Translations under genes and position numbers: made by a program
The notes under the pieces: model-generated
The model's database searches: none
What the model was told of the DNA's origin: nothing
Seen by the model: the letters and a program-made list of their open reading frames with translations, nothing else
Assembly: GCA_965205265.1 (NCBI GenBank)
Contig: CBDBGH010000003.1
Span: 4,832,001-4,896,000 of the forward strand
Source of the DNA: Alphaproteobacteria bacterium
Lineage (GTDB): Bacteria > Pseudomonadota > Alphaproteobacteria > Bin95
DNA: 64,000 bases
Direction: 5' to 3'
In this document: positions 52,394-60,939 of the stretch, one piece after another
Layout of the letters: every line of letters starts with the position of its first letter
Numbering within the stretch: position 1 is the first letter of the stretch

Positions 52394-53486
52394 ACCACGG
52401 GAACGACAGGGACGCCAAGTGCTCCGCGGCCTCGCGCTCCCGTTCATTCCCCCGGCTGCCCATATCCAGGAATGTGCGCAGGGCATCGGTGCAGACAATG
52501 CCCGGAGCGGGCACCGCAACATGCAGGAAGACATCGCTCCTCTCATCCGGCACCGCAACCTCGAGGGCGCCGTAGCCTTCCTGCAAGCGCACAAGCCCCG
52601 GCAGGCCATCGAGCAGCTCCAGACCCTGCCGGTCCGCATACAATGTGGCGTGCATGCCCCGCAGGAAGGGGGCAATCCACTGGGCGGCGGAATCCCGGCA
52701 ACGGACAATCCTGGGCCGCCCGGACTCCGCATTGAGAGGAATGCCGCGCAGCACGGCGGCAAGGGGTTCCCCGGGCGCCGGACTGTAGAAGGCCCTCATG
52801 CCGATTGCCGGCTCCCAGGCCACACTCCAGGCCTGCAACAGGCGGGCAGGTTCCGTAAGGACAAACCCTTCCTTCCGCCGCTCTCCCCAGGCCCGGGTTC
52901 CCAGCTCCCGACAGATCGCACTCACATGCCCGACGCTGACACCGGCCCGGTCGGCCAGCGCCACGACCCGCCAGGGGCGGCCGGGCTCCGAAAGCAATAC
53001 TCGCAGCACCATTCCGGCCCGGGCGCCGAAAAGAGACTTCAGCCTCCTCGAAGGGCTTTTCGCGGGCTGGCCGGGAACCTGTATGTCCATATGCATACCT
53101 CCGCCGGAAATATGGGCATTCCCGAGCCTGTCGATCCAGGAAATGCCCAACTCCGTGCACGCGGCCCTGGCTTTCGGCGACAGGAAGGGAGCGCAGATCA
53201 CCGGGACCGGATTGACACCACCGCCACCACCACTCGCTGCGGCGCCAACCTTGCCGAGGACGCCCATATAGCTCCGGAGCCGGTGGGCGGCCGCTTTCAC
53301 GAACCGGGGCGCGCCGTCTTCCTCGTTGCTGACGACGATCATGCAGGACTTCCCGTTCACGGTTGCCGGAATACAGCCCGAAATTCCGTAGAGAGCCAGG
53401 TCGCGGCCATCTCGGACCGCATCCCCGGTCTCGACAGCCCAGGCCTTCCCCAGGACTGCCAGAATCATCTCGACCGCGTCAGCCAT
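52368..53486 (-). CDS. AbiEi-like (type IV TA antitoxin-like) HTH protein
   Basis: APFLSPKARAAC...WIDRLGNAHI, VLRVLL...LADRAGVSVGHVS, LLQAW, TFLDM...EREREAAEHL. Confidence 0.75.
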   Translation of the reverse strand: MADAVEMILAVLGKAWAVETGDAVRDGRDLALYGISGCIPATVNGKSCMIVVSNEEDGAPRFVKAAAHRLRSYMGVLGKVGAAASGGGGGVNPVPVICAPFLSPKARAACTELGISWIDRLGNAHISGGGMHMDIQVPGQPAKSPSRRLKSLFGARAGMVLRVLLSEPGRPWRVVALADRAGVSVGHVSAICRELGTRAWGERRKEGFVLTEPARLLQAWSVAWEPAIGMRAFYSPAPGEPLAAVLRGIPLNAESGRPRIVRCRDSAAQWIAPFLRGMHATLYADRQGLELLDGLPGLVRLQEGYGALEVAVPDERSDVFLHVAVPAPGIVCTDALRTFLDMGSRGNEREREAAEHLASLSFPWFSPSAGAS

Positions 53487-53550
53487 CGCGGGGTCGTCCC
53501 GATATAGAGTGCAGTATTGCGGGCAGCTCCCGCATTCCGGCCCATATATC

Positions 53551-53580
53551 ATAATCCGATTGCCAACGCAATCTGATTGC
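53551..53580. promoter_or_regulatory. Tandem boxes site 6
   Basis: ATAATCCGATTGC 53551, GCAATCTGATTGC 53568, between divergent genes. Confidence 0.7.
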
Positions 53581-53656
53581 GTGAGCGCATCGAGTGCGCT
53601 ATACTATCCGGCATGCCCTTCGGAAGCACGCTGGAACCCTTGCCGGGAGAAGATGG

Positions 53657-54064
53657 ATGTCTGTCCCAACCGCCTTTCTGGCGGGCCTGACACTGGCGGC
53701 GTGCGCGGCTGCCGCCGCCGCCTGGTATATCACCTGCCGTTCCGGGCGCGGCCGCCTTCTTTCGACTCTCGCCAAGACAGGACTGGTCTGCGCAGGCATC
53801 TCAATTGTTGTCTGTCTGGGATTCGGAGCAGGCGAACGGGAGATGCTCCCGGCTGTCGGCAGTATAGCCAACATCGTCGGGTTTGCGCTCGTCCCGATCT
53901 GCTGTGCGGCTGCGGTGCGGACATTCGGTAAACTCCGCCGCACCACCATTGCCGCGGAACGCGAGGCTTGCCAGCGCGACCTGGCCATGACAGCGGTCGC
54001 GGCGCCCCTCTGCACCCTGGTGCTCGCAGGCCAGCTTGTGTTCCGGATCGAGTTTCTTTCTTAA
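53657..54064 (+). CDS. Hypothetical membrane protein
   Basis: About four hydrophobic segments. Confidence 0.5.
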   Translation: MSVPTAFLAGLTLAACAAAAAAWYITCRSGRGRLLSTLAKTGLVCAGISIVVCLGFGAGEREMLPAVGSIANIVGFALVPICCAAAVRTFGKLRRTTIAAEREACQRDLAMTAVAAPLCTLVLAGQLVFRIEFLS

Positions 54065-54085
54065 GCGCCGTCGGGAGCAGCCGTC

Positions 54086-54379
54086 ATGCACACCGAACAT
54101 GCGGGCGTGAGCGCCCCTATCCATGCGTGGAACCATGGAGTTGAGATCGATGCGGGGTCTTTCCGTCAGGCCCGTAATCTCTCGGCCCTGCCGTTCATCC
54201 ACCACCATGTGGCGCTCATGCCGGATTCGCATCCTGCGATCAGCTCAACGGTCGGGTCCGCAATCCCGACCCCGGGCGCCGTGATTCCGGCAGCCGTCGG
54301 TGTCGATATCGAATGCGGGACAGTGGCCGTGCGCCTGGACGGCGTCGGCGCCGGGGTAACACGAAGCCCGGCAGGCTGA
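54086..54379 (+). pseudogene. rtcB: RtcB RNA ligase N-terminal fragment
   Basis: LPFIHHHVALMPDSH...TVGSAIPT.GAVIPAAVGVDIECG; only 97 aa. Confidence 0.8.
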
Positions 54380-54402
54380 CCGGAGGGAAAAGGAGAGCAT
54401 CC

Positions 54403-55041
54403 ATGGCCTACAGTTCATACGGAGGCTATGCCTTCCGCAATGGGGAACGCTGCGTTGAGCGCAGCGATGCCGTCATTACCGACCGGGCGGAGACCGTGCC
54501 GGGCATGTGGCCCGGCTTCGCCTTCGCGGCCCAGGGCCTCTCCCCGGAAGAAGCCCACAAGGAGATATGGAAGCAGAAAAACCCGCACGGCCATGTCGTG
54601 CTCGGCGACGGCCCGCTCCATGTCGGCCTCTACAAGCAGAGCGACGTCTGGGCATGGTTCGACGGCAAGCAACTCGACCTGCTGAAGCACGGGATCGACC
54701 TGCCCGAAGAGATTATCAGGACCGAGTGGTGGAGCGGTGCGCCCTGCGAGCCGCATATCGACCCGACCGACTGGGCCGAGCGCGGAGGCTTCGAGCCCGT
54801 CCGGTTCGACTTCCCCGACGGCAGCCGACTCGATGTCGTGTGGACCGTGCAGGACAACCACTATGTCTATGCCCGTCTTGAGCACCCGGATGGCACGGTC
54901 TGGGCGGGCTGGTCGGGATATGGCGTGGGCGCCGGCCTGGAGGACTGCGGATGGGGATTCTCCACGGAGGAACGCAACCAAGGGCTCGTGCGGATCTGGC
55001 CGGACGCCATCAAGGAGCCGGTGCCAGAACCGGGCCCCTGA
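54403..55041 (+). CDS. Hypothetical protein
   Basis: RBS AGGAG; aromatic-rich globular ORF; ends EPVPEPGP. Confidence 0.7.
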   Translation: MAYSSYGGYAFRNGERCVERSDAVITDRAETVPGMWPGFAFAAQGLSPEEAHKEIWKQKNPHGHVVLGDGPLHVGLYKQSDVWAWFDGKQLDLLKHGIDLPEEIIRTEWWSGAPCEPHIDPTDWAERGGFEPVRFDFPDGSRLDVVWTVQDNHYVYARLEHPDGTVWAGWSGYGVGAGLEDCGWGFSTEERNQGLVRIWPDAIKEPVPEPGP

Positions 55042-55134
55042 CACCACATCCAGCCAATCGCGCCGGCCCGGGACTTGGACTTTTCACGGTGGCGGAGCAT
55101 CGTCTCTTGCACCCGTTCCCGCAGGAGAGCTTTC

Positions 55135-55934
55135 ATGGATTTCAGGACGGTCACCGCTCCGGCCCTGCGCGATTGGCTGGACGCGGGCGGGGACCCGGAC
55201 GTCGAAGATGGCAACGCGGGGGCGGCCATTCACCAGGCGGCCGGTGCCGGGAACGTCGCGGCCCTGCGCGTCTTGCTCGCGGCCGGGGCCAGCCCGGACT
55301 CCCGCGATGGCTCCGACTCCACGCCGTTGCACCTGGCGGCGCGCGAAGGGCATGCCGATGCCGTGAAAACGCTTCTGGCCGCCGGAGCCGACGTTGAATC
55401 CCAGGACAGGGGGATTACCAGACGCCCTTGCATTGGGCCGCGTTGCACGACCCAAACGCGGAATCCCTGGAAGCGCTGCGTGAAGCCGGCGCCGATATCG
55501 AGGCCCAGGACAGTCTGGGCCAGACGCCGCTGCACATGGCGGCAAGCAGGGGGAATGCGTCGGCTATCGGGTTTCTCCTTGCCGCCGGCGCCGATGTGAA
55601 CGCCCGGCAGAAGGGAAGCGCCTTTACGGCTCTGCACGAAGCGGCCAGCTGGGGCGACCCGGAGGCGTTGCGCGCCCTGCTCGATGCCGGCGCCGACGTG
55701 AATGCCCGGGAGGTCTGGAGCAATTCCATCCCGCTGCATTTCGCCGTCCAGAACGTCCGGGGCGCAACCGGGGTTGTAGCAGCCCTCCTGGAAGCCGGTG
55801 CCGACCTCTCGGTGCGGAACAACCTGGGCAAGACGGCGCTCGAAATGGCTGTCCTGCACGGCACGTCCGAAATCGCTGGCCTTGTCGGCGCCGCAGCAGG
55901 ACAGGACTGGACCGCCCCGGAACCGGGCGCCTGA
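55135..55934 (+). pseudogene. Ankyrin repeat protein, frameshifted at G5 tract 55409-55413
   Basis: TPLHLAAREGH, TPLHMAASRGN, TALHEAASWG, IPLHFAV, LLAAGADVN; one extra G joins the two frames. Confidence 0.85.
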
Positions 55935-55967
55935 CGGCGAGCCATTGTGAAGGACGGCGACAACACC

Positions 55968-56618
55968 ATGAAGATCGAGGACGTCATTGAGCAGTACGGG
56001 CAGGGCCGGCGCGATTTCCGTGGCATCAGCCTGTTCGAGCAAAGGGAGCACAGCCTTGTCCTGCCAGGGGCGGACTTCTCCGGGGCGGACCTCCGCCTCT
56101 GCGAATTCTGGCAAGGCGATTTCACGGGAGCCGATTTCTCCGGCGCCTGGATGGGCAATATCAACCTGGTGGGGTGTAAACTGCAGGGGGCGGTTTTCGC
56201 GAAGGCGGAACTGTTCGAAGCCTGTTTCAGCGAGGCCGATGCCACCGGCGCGAATTTCGCCGAAGCGGGGATCCACGGCATCGACGCAACGCACGGCATA
56301 TTCAGGGATGCGCTGCTGACCGATGTCGATGCCCATGGCGGCAACTTCACCGGCGCCGCCATGAATGGCGCCGACCTGTCCGGAGGACGGTTCACAAGAA
56401 CGAACCTGTCGGGAGCCGATCTATCCCGGGCGGTCGCAAGGAACGCGGATTTTTCAGACGCTCTCCTTTATGGAGCAAAGCTCCGGAATGCGGATTTCGA
56501 GGGAACGGACATGCTGCGCCTGCGCATTTCCGGCACGGATTTGGACGAGACCCGCGTCCCGCCGGCGCGGATGACCATCCGGGAGCCGGAGAGCGGTCAC
56601 GGCCCCGAAGAGCCCTGA
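55968..56618 (+). CDS. Pentapeptide repeat protein 9
   Basis: DVIEQYGQGRRDF; ends GPEEP. Confidence 0.9.
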   Translation: MKIEDVIEQYGQGRRDFRGISLFEQREHSLVLPGADFSGADLRLCEFWQGDFTGADFSGAWMGNINLVGCKLQGAVFAKAELFEACFSEADATGANFAEAGIHGIDATHGIFRDALLTDVDAHGGNFTGAAMNGADLSGGRFTRTNLSGADLSRAVARNADFSDALLYGAKLRNADFEGTDMLRLRISGTDLDETRVPPARMTIREPESGHGPEEP

Positions 56619-56689
56619 ACGCTCTTCGCGTTTTCACCACCCGCTCTTAACATCCCCGCTGGACGGGTTTCCCGAGAGCGGAGGAAGGA

Positions 56690-57529
56690 ATGGCTGAAAA
56701 GAAGGGCGGGACTGTTTCCGTGGAAGACCTTCTGCGGCGCTACGCGGCCGGCGAGCGCGATTTCAGGGAGATCAGTCTGTCGGGCGTTACAGGCGACAGT
56801 CTGGCAGGACAGACCCTCGCCGGAGCCGATTTCCGCGGCGCATTTCTGTGGCTGGTGGATTTCACCGGGGCGGATCTCACGAGCTGCTCCTTCGACGGGG
56901 CGGAACTGACCCAAGCTAAATTCACCGCCGCCCGCATGGCCGAGTGCAGTTTCTACGGCACCATCATGCGGTCAACCGACTTCACCAGGGCCCACCTGGA
57001 CGAGGCCCGGTTTTCGCTCACGGACGCCATACGGGCAGACTTCACGGAAGCCAGCCTCTTCGGCGCCCGGGCGACAAGGACGGATTTCAGGGAATGCAAA
57101 TTCTCCCGCGCGCGCCTTGTCGGGAGTGTCCTCGATCAGTGCAGTTTCGAGGAGGCCGACTTCCATTCCGCCTCGCTGGGCGATGCCGTCATGCACTGGG
57201 CCTCGATCCATCGGGCCTCGTTCGCTCACGCGGTCATGCTCGACACGGATATGCTGTATGCCTCGGCCATGGCGCCGGACGACAACGATGGGGCCTGCGA
57301 GGCGAATTTCGACCACGCCGATCTCCGGGGCGCCAATCTGAGCGAGACCACGTTGCACGGCGCGAGCTTCCGGCACGCCAATCTCTTGGACGCGCGGGTC
57401 GAGAAAGCGCTGATGGACGACTGCGACTTCACCGCCGCCTGTCTGGACGGCGTGGATTTCAGCGCCGCCCGCAGCGCCGACGGTGCAGGATTACCGGAAC
57501 CGCAGGCGGCGGACTCGCCGCAGGTCTGA
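56690..57529 (+). CDS. Pentapeptide repeat protein 10
   Basis: DLLRRYAAGERDF; acidic loop PDDNDGACE; ends DSPQV. Confidence 0.9.
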   Translation: MAEKKGGTVSVEDLLRRYAAGERDFREISLSGVTGDSLAGQTLAGADFRGAFLWLVDFTGADLTSCSFDGAELTQAKFTAARMAECSFYGTIMRSTDFTRAHLDEARFSLTDAIRADFTEASLFGARATRTDFRECKFSRARLVGSVLDQCSFEEADFHSASLGDAVMHWASIHRASFAHAVMLDTDMLYASAMAPDDNDGACEANFDHADLRGANLSETTLHGASFRHANLLDARVEKALMDDCDFTAACLDGVDFSAARSADGAGLPEPQAADSPQV

Positions 57530-57556
57530 TCCGGGGTGAAGAAGGAACGGAACGCC

Positions 57557-58425
57557 ATGGCCGAACGAAGCATCGTTTCCTCCGTCGAGGAGCTGAAGGC
57601 GCGCTACGCCGCCGGCGAGCGCGATTTCCGCGATGCGGATCTGCCCGCCGCGGATCTGCGGGGCGCCGTGCTGCCCGATGCCGACTTTACCGGTGCCGAT
57701 CTCCGGAACGCGGTGTTCGACGGGGCCGACCTCACCGGATGCCGGTTCGACGGGGCCGACATCGACGACGGTTCCTTTGTCGAGAGCCGGATGGCCGGGG
57801 CCAGTTTCACCGGGGCAAGCCTTTTCCGCGGCACCTTTGACGAGGCCGATCTCAGCCGTTCCAGAATGACGCGGTGCGAAGCGTTTTTCGCGCACTTCAC
57901 CGGGACCGACATGACCGGGGTGAAGGCCCGTTCCGCTCAATTCAGGAACGCCCGGATGCAAGGGGCGCTCCTCGACGAGGCGGACCTCACCGGATGCGAC
58001 CTGTGCAAGGCCGAAATGTCCGAGGCAGCCTGAAGCGGGCGAACCTGAAATCCTGTCGGGTCTTCAAGGCCGACTTCAGTGCGGCCAATCTGCGTCAGGC
58101 CAGGCTGGGGCTGATGTCCTCGGCCGACCCGGACCTCCCGGAAGACGAGCGGGACTACGAGGTGGATTTCTCGGGAGCCGTTCTTGAAGGCGCGGATCTC
58201 CGCGATTCGAATCTCCCCGGCAGCAACTTCCGGCAGGCAAATTTCCGGAATGCCGACATGCGCGAGGCGAATGTCGACAACGCCTGTTTCGACGGGGCCG
58301 TCCTGACCGGAGCACAGTTCGTCACCGAAGGGGCATGGACGCCGGACGCGGATTTCAGCGAGGCGATCGATGTTCCGGAAGGCCTGCTGGAGGGCGCGGA
58401 AGCCAGCGCGGCCGCCGGCCCCTGA
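57557..58425 (+). pseudogene. Pentapeptide repeat protein 11, frameshift near 58030
   Basis: ELKARYAAGERDF; stop at 58033, repeats resume in another frame to 58425; ends AAAGP. Confidence 0.85.
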
Positions 58426-58457
58426 CGCCCCGCGCCGAGCCGGAGGAGCAGAACGCC

Positions 58458-59327
58458 ATGGCCGAACGAAGCATCGTTTCCTCCGTCGAGGAGCTGAAGG
58501 CGCGCTACGCCGCCGGCGAGCGCAATTTCCGCAATGCCGAGCTGGAGGGAGCCGACCTGAGAGGCCTGGTGCTCAAGGACGCCGACTTCGGCGGCGCCAT
58601 TCTCCGGAGAACCAGGGGCGACGGATCGGACCTCACCGGCTGCCGCCTTGATGGAGCCGACCTCACCGGCGCCTCCTTTCCTGCCGCCCGGCTGGAGGAC
58701 AGCTCCCTGCATGGAGCCATGCTCAATTTCGCGACCTTCACGGAAGCCAATTTCGACCGCTGCGAGATGGTTCGGGTTTCCGCGGTCGAATGCGGTTTCG
58801 GCAAGGCGGGCATGGCCGGGATACGGGCTCCGTGCGGCGATTTCCGCCGGTCGAATTTCGCCGGGGCCAATCTGCCCGAGGCCTACCTTCCCGACAGCGA
58901 TCTCTGCGAGGCCAACTTCGCGGGATGCGGAATGGCTCGGGCCAACCTGGAATCCTGTTCGGCCTACAAGACCAACTTCTCGGCGGCCTGCCTGGACCGG
59001 GCCCGCATGTATGTTTTCACGGTTCGCGACCCGGAAAGCCCCGAAGAGGCATCGGAATACGAGGCGGATTTTTCGGACGCGACCCTTCGGGAATCCGACA
59101 TCACCAACGCGGATATCCAAGGTGCGGATTTCTCGCGCGCGGACCTGGGGGACGCCGATATGACCGGGGCATTTGTGTTCTCGTGCAATTTCACCGGCGC
59201 GAACTGCGCCGGCACCAGGTTCGACAAATCTCTGCCGCCCGACCTGTGCGATTTCACGGGCGCCCTTAACGTCCCTGACGCCGTCCTGGAGGCCAACAGG
59301 GGCACCGGCGGCCCCAACGGGCCATAG
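58458..59327 (+). CDS. Pentapeptide repeat protein 12
   Basis: ELKARYAAGERNF; loop DPESPEEASEYE; ends GPNGP. Confidence 0.9.
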   Translation: MAERSIVSSVEELKARYAAGERNFRNAELEGADLRGLVLKDADFGGAILRRTRGDGSDLTGCRLDGADLTGASFPAARLEDSSLHGAMLNFATFTEANFDRCEMVRVSAVECGFGKAGMAGIRAPCGDFRRSNFAGANLPEAYLPDSDLCEANFAGCGMARANLESCSAYKTNFSAACLDRARMYVFTVRDPESPEEASEYEADFSDATLRESDITNADIQGADFSRADLGDADMTGAFVFSCNFTGANCAGTRFDKSLPPDLCDFTGALNVPDAVLEANRGTGGPNGP

Positions 59328-59356
59328 GCGGGCAATGGAGGGGGAGGAACGGACCG

Positions 59357-59755
59357 ATGCAGATCATGCCTGCCGAGAATAGGGCCGGCGTGCCCGAGGA
59401 CGATGGCTATCCGCCGGAAGGCACGCCGGAAACCGCGCTCGTGATCGTCTGGAGCGGGGAGGATTACGCCTTCCACATCATGGCCCATACCGGCCGGTAC
59501 TTCCACGGCACGGTTGAGGTCGCCGGCTTCAATGGTGAGGAGTCCGGCATGGAGGGCGTGCCGGAAGAGCCGGGCTTCTACGTCATGGAAAACGGCCGGG
59601 TCTCGTCGCATCGCGACCGGGAAACCGGCATTGTCGAGGAGGTTCTCATCCACGGCGATTGGCGAAAGGCGCGTCTGGCGGACTTCGACCGCTTCGGCAT
59701 CGAATGTCCCCTGGACCTCTCGCCGGAAGCGGAGGAACCCGGAATCAGCCCCTGA
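59357..59755 (+). CDS. Acidic hypothetical protein
   Basis: RBS GGAGG; ends EEPGISP. Confidence 0.65.
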   Translation: MQIMPAENRAGVPEDDGYPPEGTPETALVIVWSGEDYAFHIMAHTGRYFHGTVEVAGFNGEESGMEGVPEEPGFYVMENGRVSSHRDRETGIVEEVLIHGDWRKARLADFDRFGIECPLDLSPEAEEPGISP

Positions 59756-59789
59756 TGCAAGTCGGGACTCAAATAGGGAAACCCGGAAT

Positions 59790-60638
59790 ATGAGCACACG
59801 AGAGATCGTCACGTCCGTCGAGGACCTCCGTCGCCGCTACGCCGCCGGCGAACGCGACTTCCGCGATGCCCGGCTGGAAGGGGCCGATCTGCAGTGCCTC
59901 GATCTGACCGGTTCCGACTTTTCCGGTGCCGATCTGCGCGCGGCGCAACTCGATGACGCCTGGCTGTCTGACTGCAATTTCTCGGGCGCCGACATGGAGT
60001 CCGTATCGGCCCCCCGGACGATCATGAGGGACAGCCGCTTCTATGGCGCCATCCTGAACGGGGGACATTTCGCGAGCGCACAGCTTGCGGGGGCGCAGTT
60101 CACAAGAGTGTCGGCCCAAAACTGCCATTTCACGAATGCCGATCTGAGCGGCATATCCGCAAGATGTGCTGACTTCCGGCATTGTCACTTCGTGAAGGCC
60201 AGTCTCACCAAGGCTCTCCTCGATATGGGCGAGTTCGAGAACGCCGTTTTCACCGGCGCCGATCTGGAAGGCGCCTCCCTGGCATGGGCCGCCATCTACC
60301 AGGCCCATTTCGAGGATGCCGACATGCGCGAAGTGCAGCTGCGGGGCGCCTGTTCGCGCGACCCGGAAGACGACGAGACCTTCGAGGCCTGCTTCGCCAG
60401 CGCTGACCTGCGCAAGGCCGGGCTGACGGACGTCATCCTGCACGAGTCCGATTTCCGGGGAGCCGACATGCGCGAGGCGGACCTGTGCGGTGCGCTGATG
60501 AGCGGCTCGAAATTCGAGGGGGCCGACATCACCGGAATCAGGTTCGACGACGTGTCGGGCTACGAGATCGACCTGCGCGGCGCCATCGGGATCCCGGATG
60601 AATGGCGCCCCTCCGGCGAAAGCGGGCCCGCGGCATAG
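59790..60638 (+). CDS. Pentapeptide repeat protein 13
   Basis: DLRRRYAAGERDF; loop DPEDDETFE; ends SGPAA. Confidence 0.9.
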   Translation: MSTREIVTSVEDLRRRYAAGERDFRDARLEGADLQCLDLTGSDFSGADLRAAQLDDAWLSDCNFSGADMESVSAPRTIMRDSRFYGAILNGGHFASAQLAGAQFTRVSAQNCHFTNADLSGISARCADFRHCHFVKASLTKALLDMGEFENAVFTGADLEGASLAWAAIYQAHFEDADMREVQLRGACSRDPEDDETFEACFASADLRKAGLTDVILHESDFRGADMREADLCGALMSGSKFEGADITGIRFDDVSGYEIDLRGAIGIPDEWRPSGESGPAA

Positions 60639-60659
60639 TCCGGCCCAGCGCCCAGGCGC

Positions 60660-60939
60660 CTACCGCGCGATGGTCCGGAAGGTCGCGGAAATGCGGGTGC
60701 CCGTCTCCCGGGCGCTGTCGGCCCGGTCGATCCCGTGCATCCAGCTTTGCCGCGCGGCTCCCGCGAGAACGAGAACCGATCGCCTGGGCAGGGTGACGAT
60801 CTCGTCACCCGGCAGGCCGTCGCGTACATAGCGGCCCCGGCGCGGCCTGAAACGCATCGGCCAGTCCTCCCCAAGCGAAAGGGACGCCACCACGGGACCG
60901 AAGTCCCGGTGGTCGGCATGCATTCCGATGCCCTGGCCC
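60660..60939 (-). pseudogene. AlkB-like 2OG-Fe(II) dioxygenase, C-terminal remnant truncated by IS1634
   Basis: GQGIGMHAD...VASLSLG...LPRRSVLVLAGAARQSWMHGI...RISATFR. Confidence 0.85.
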
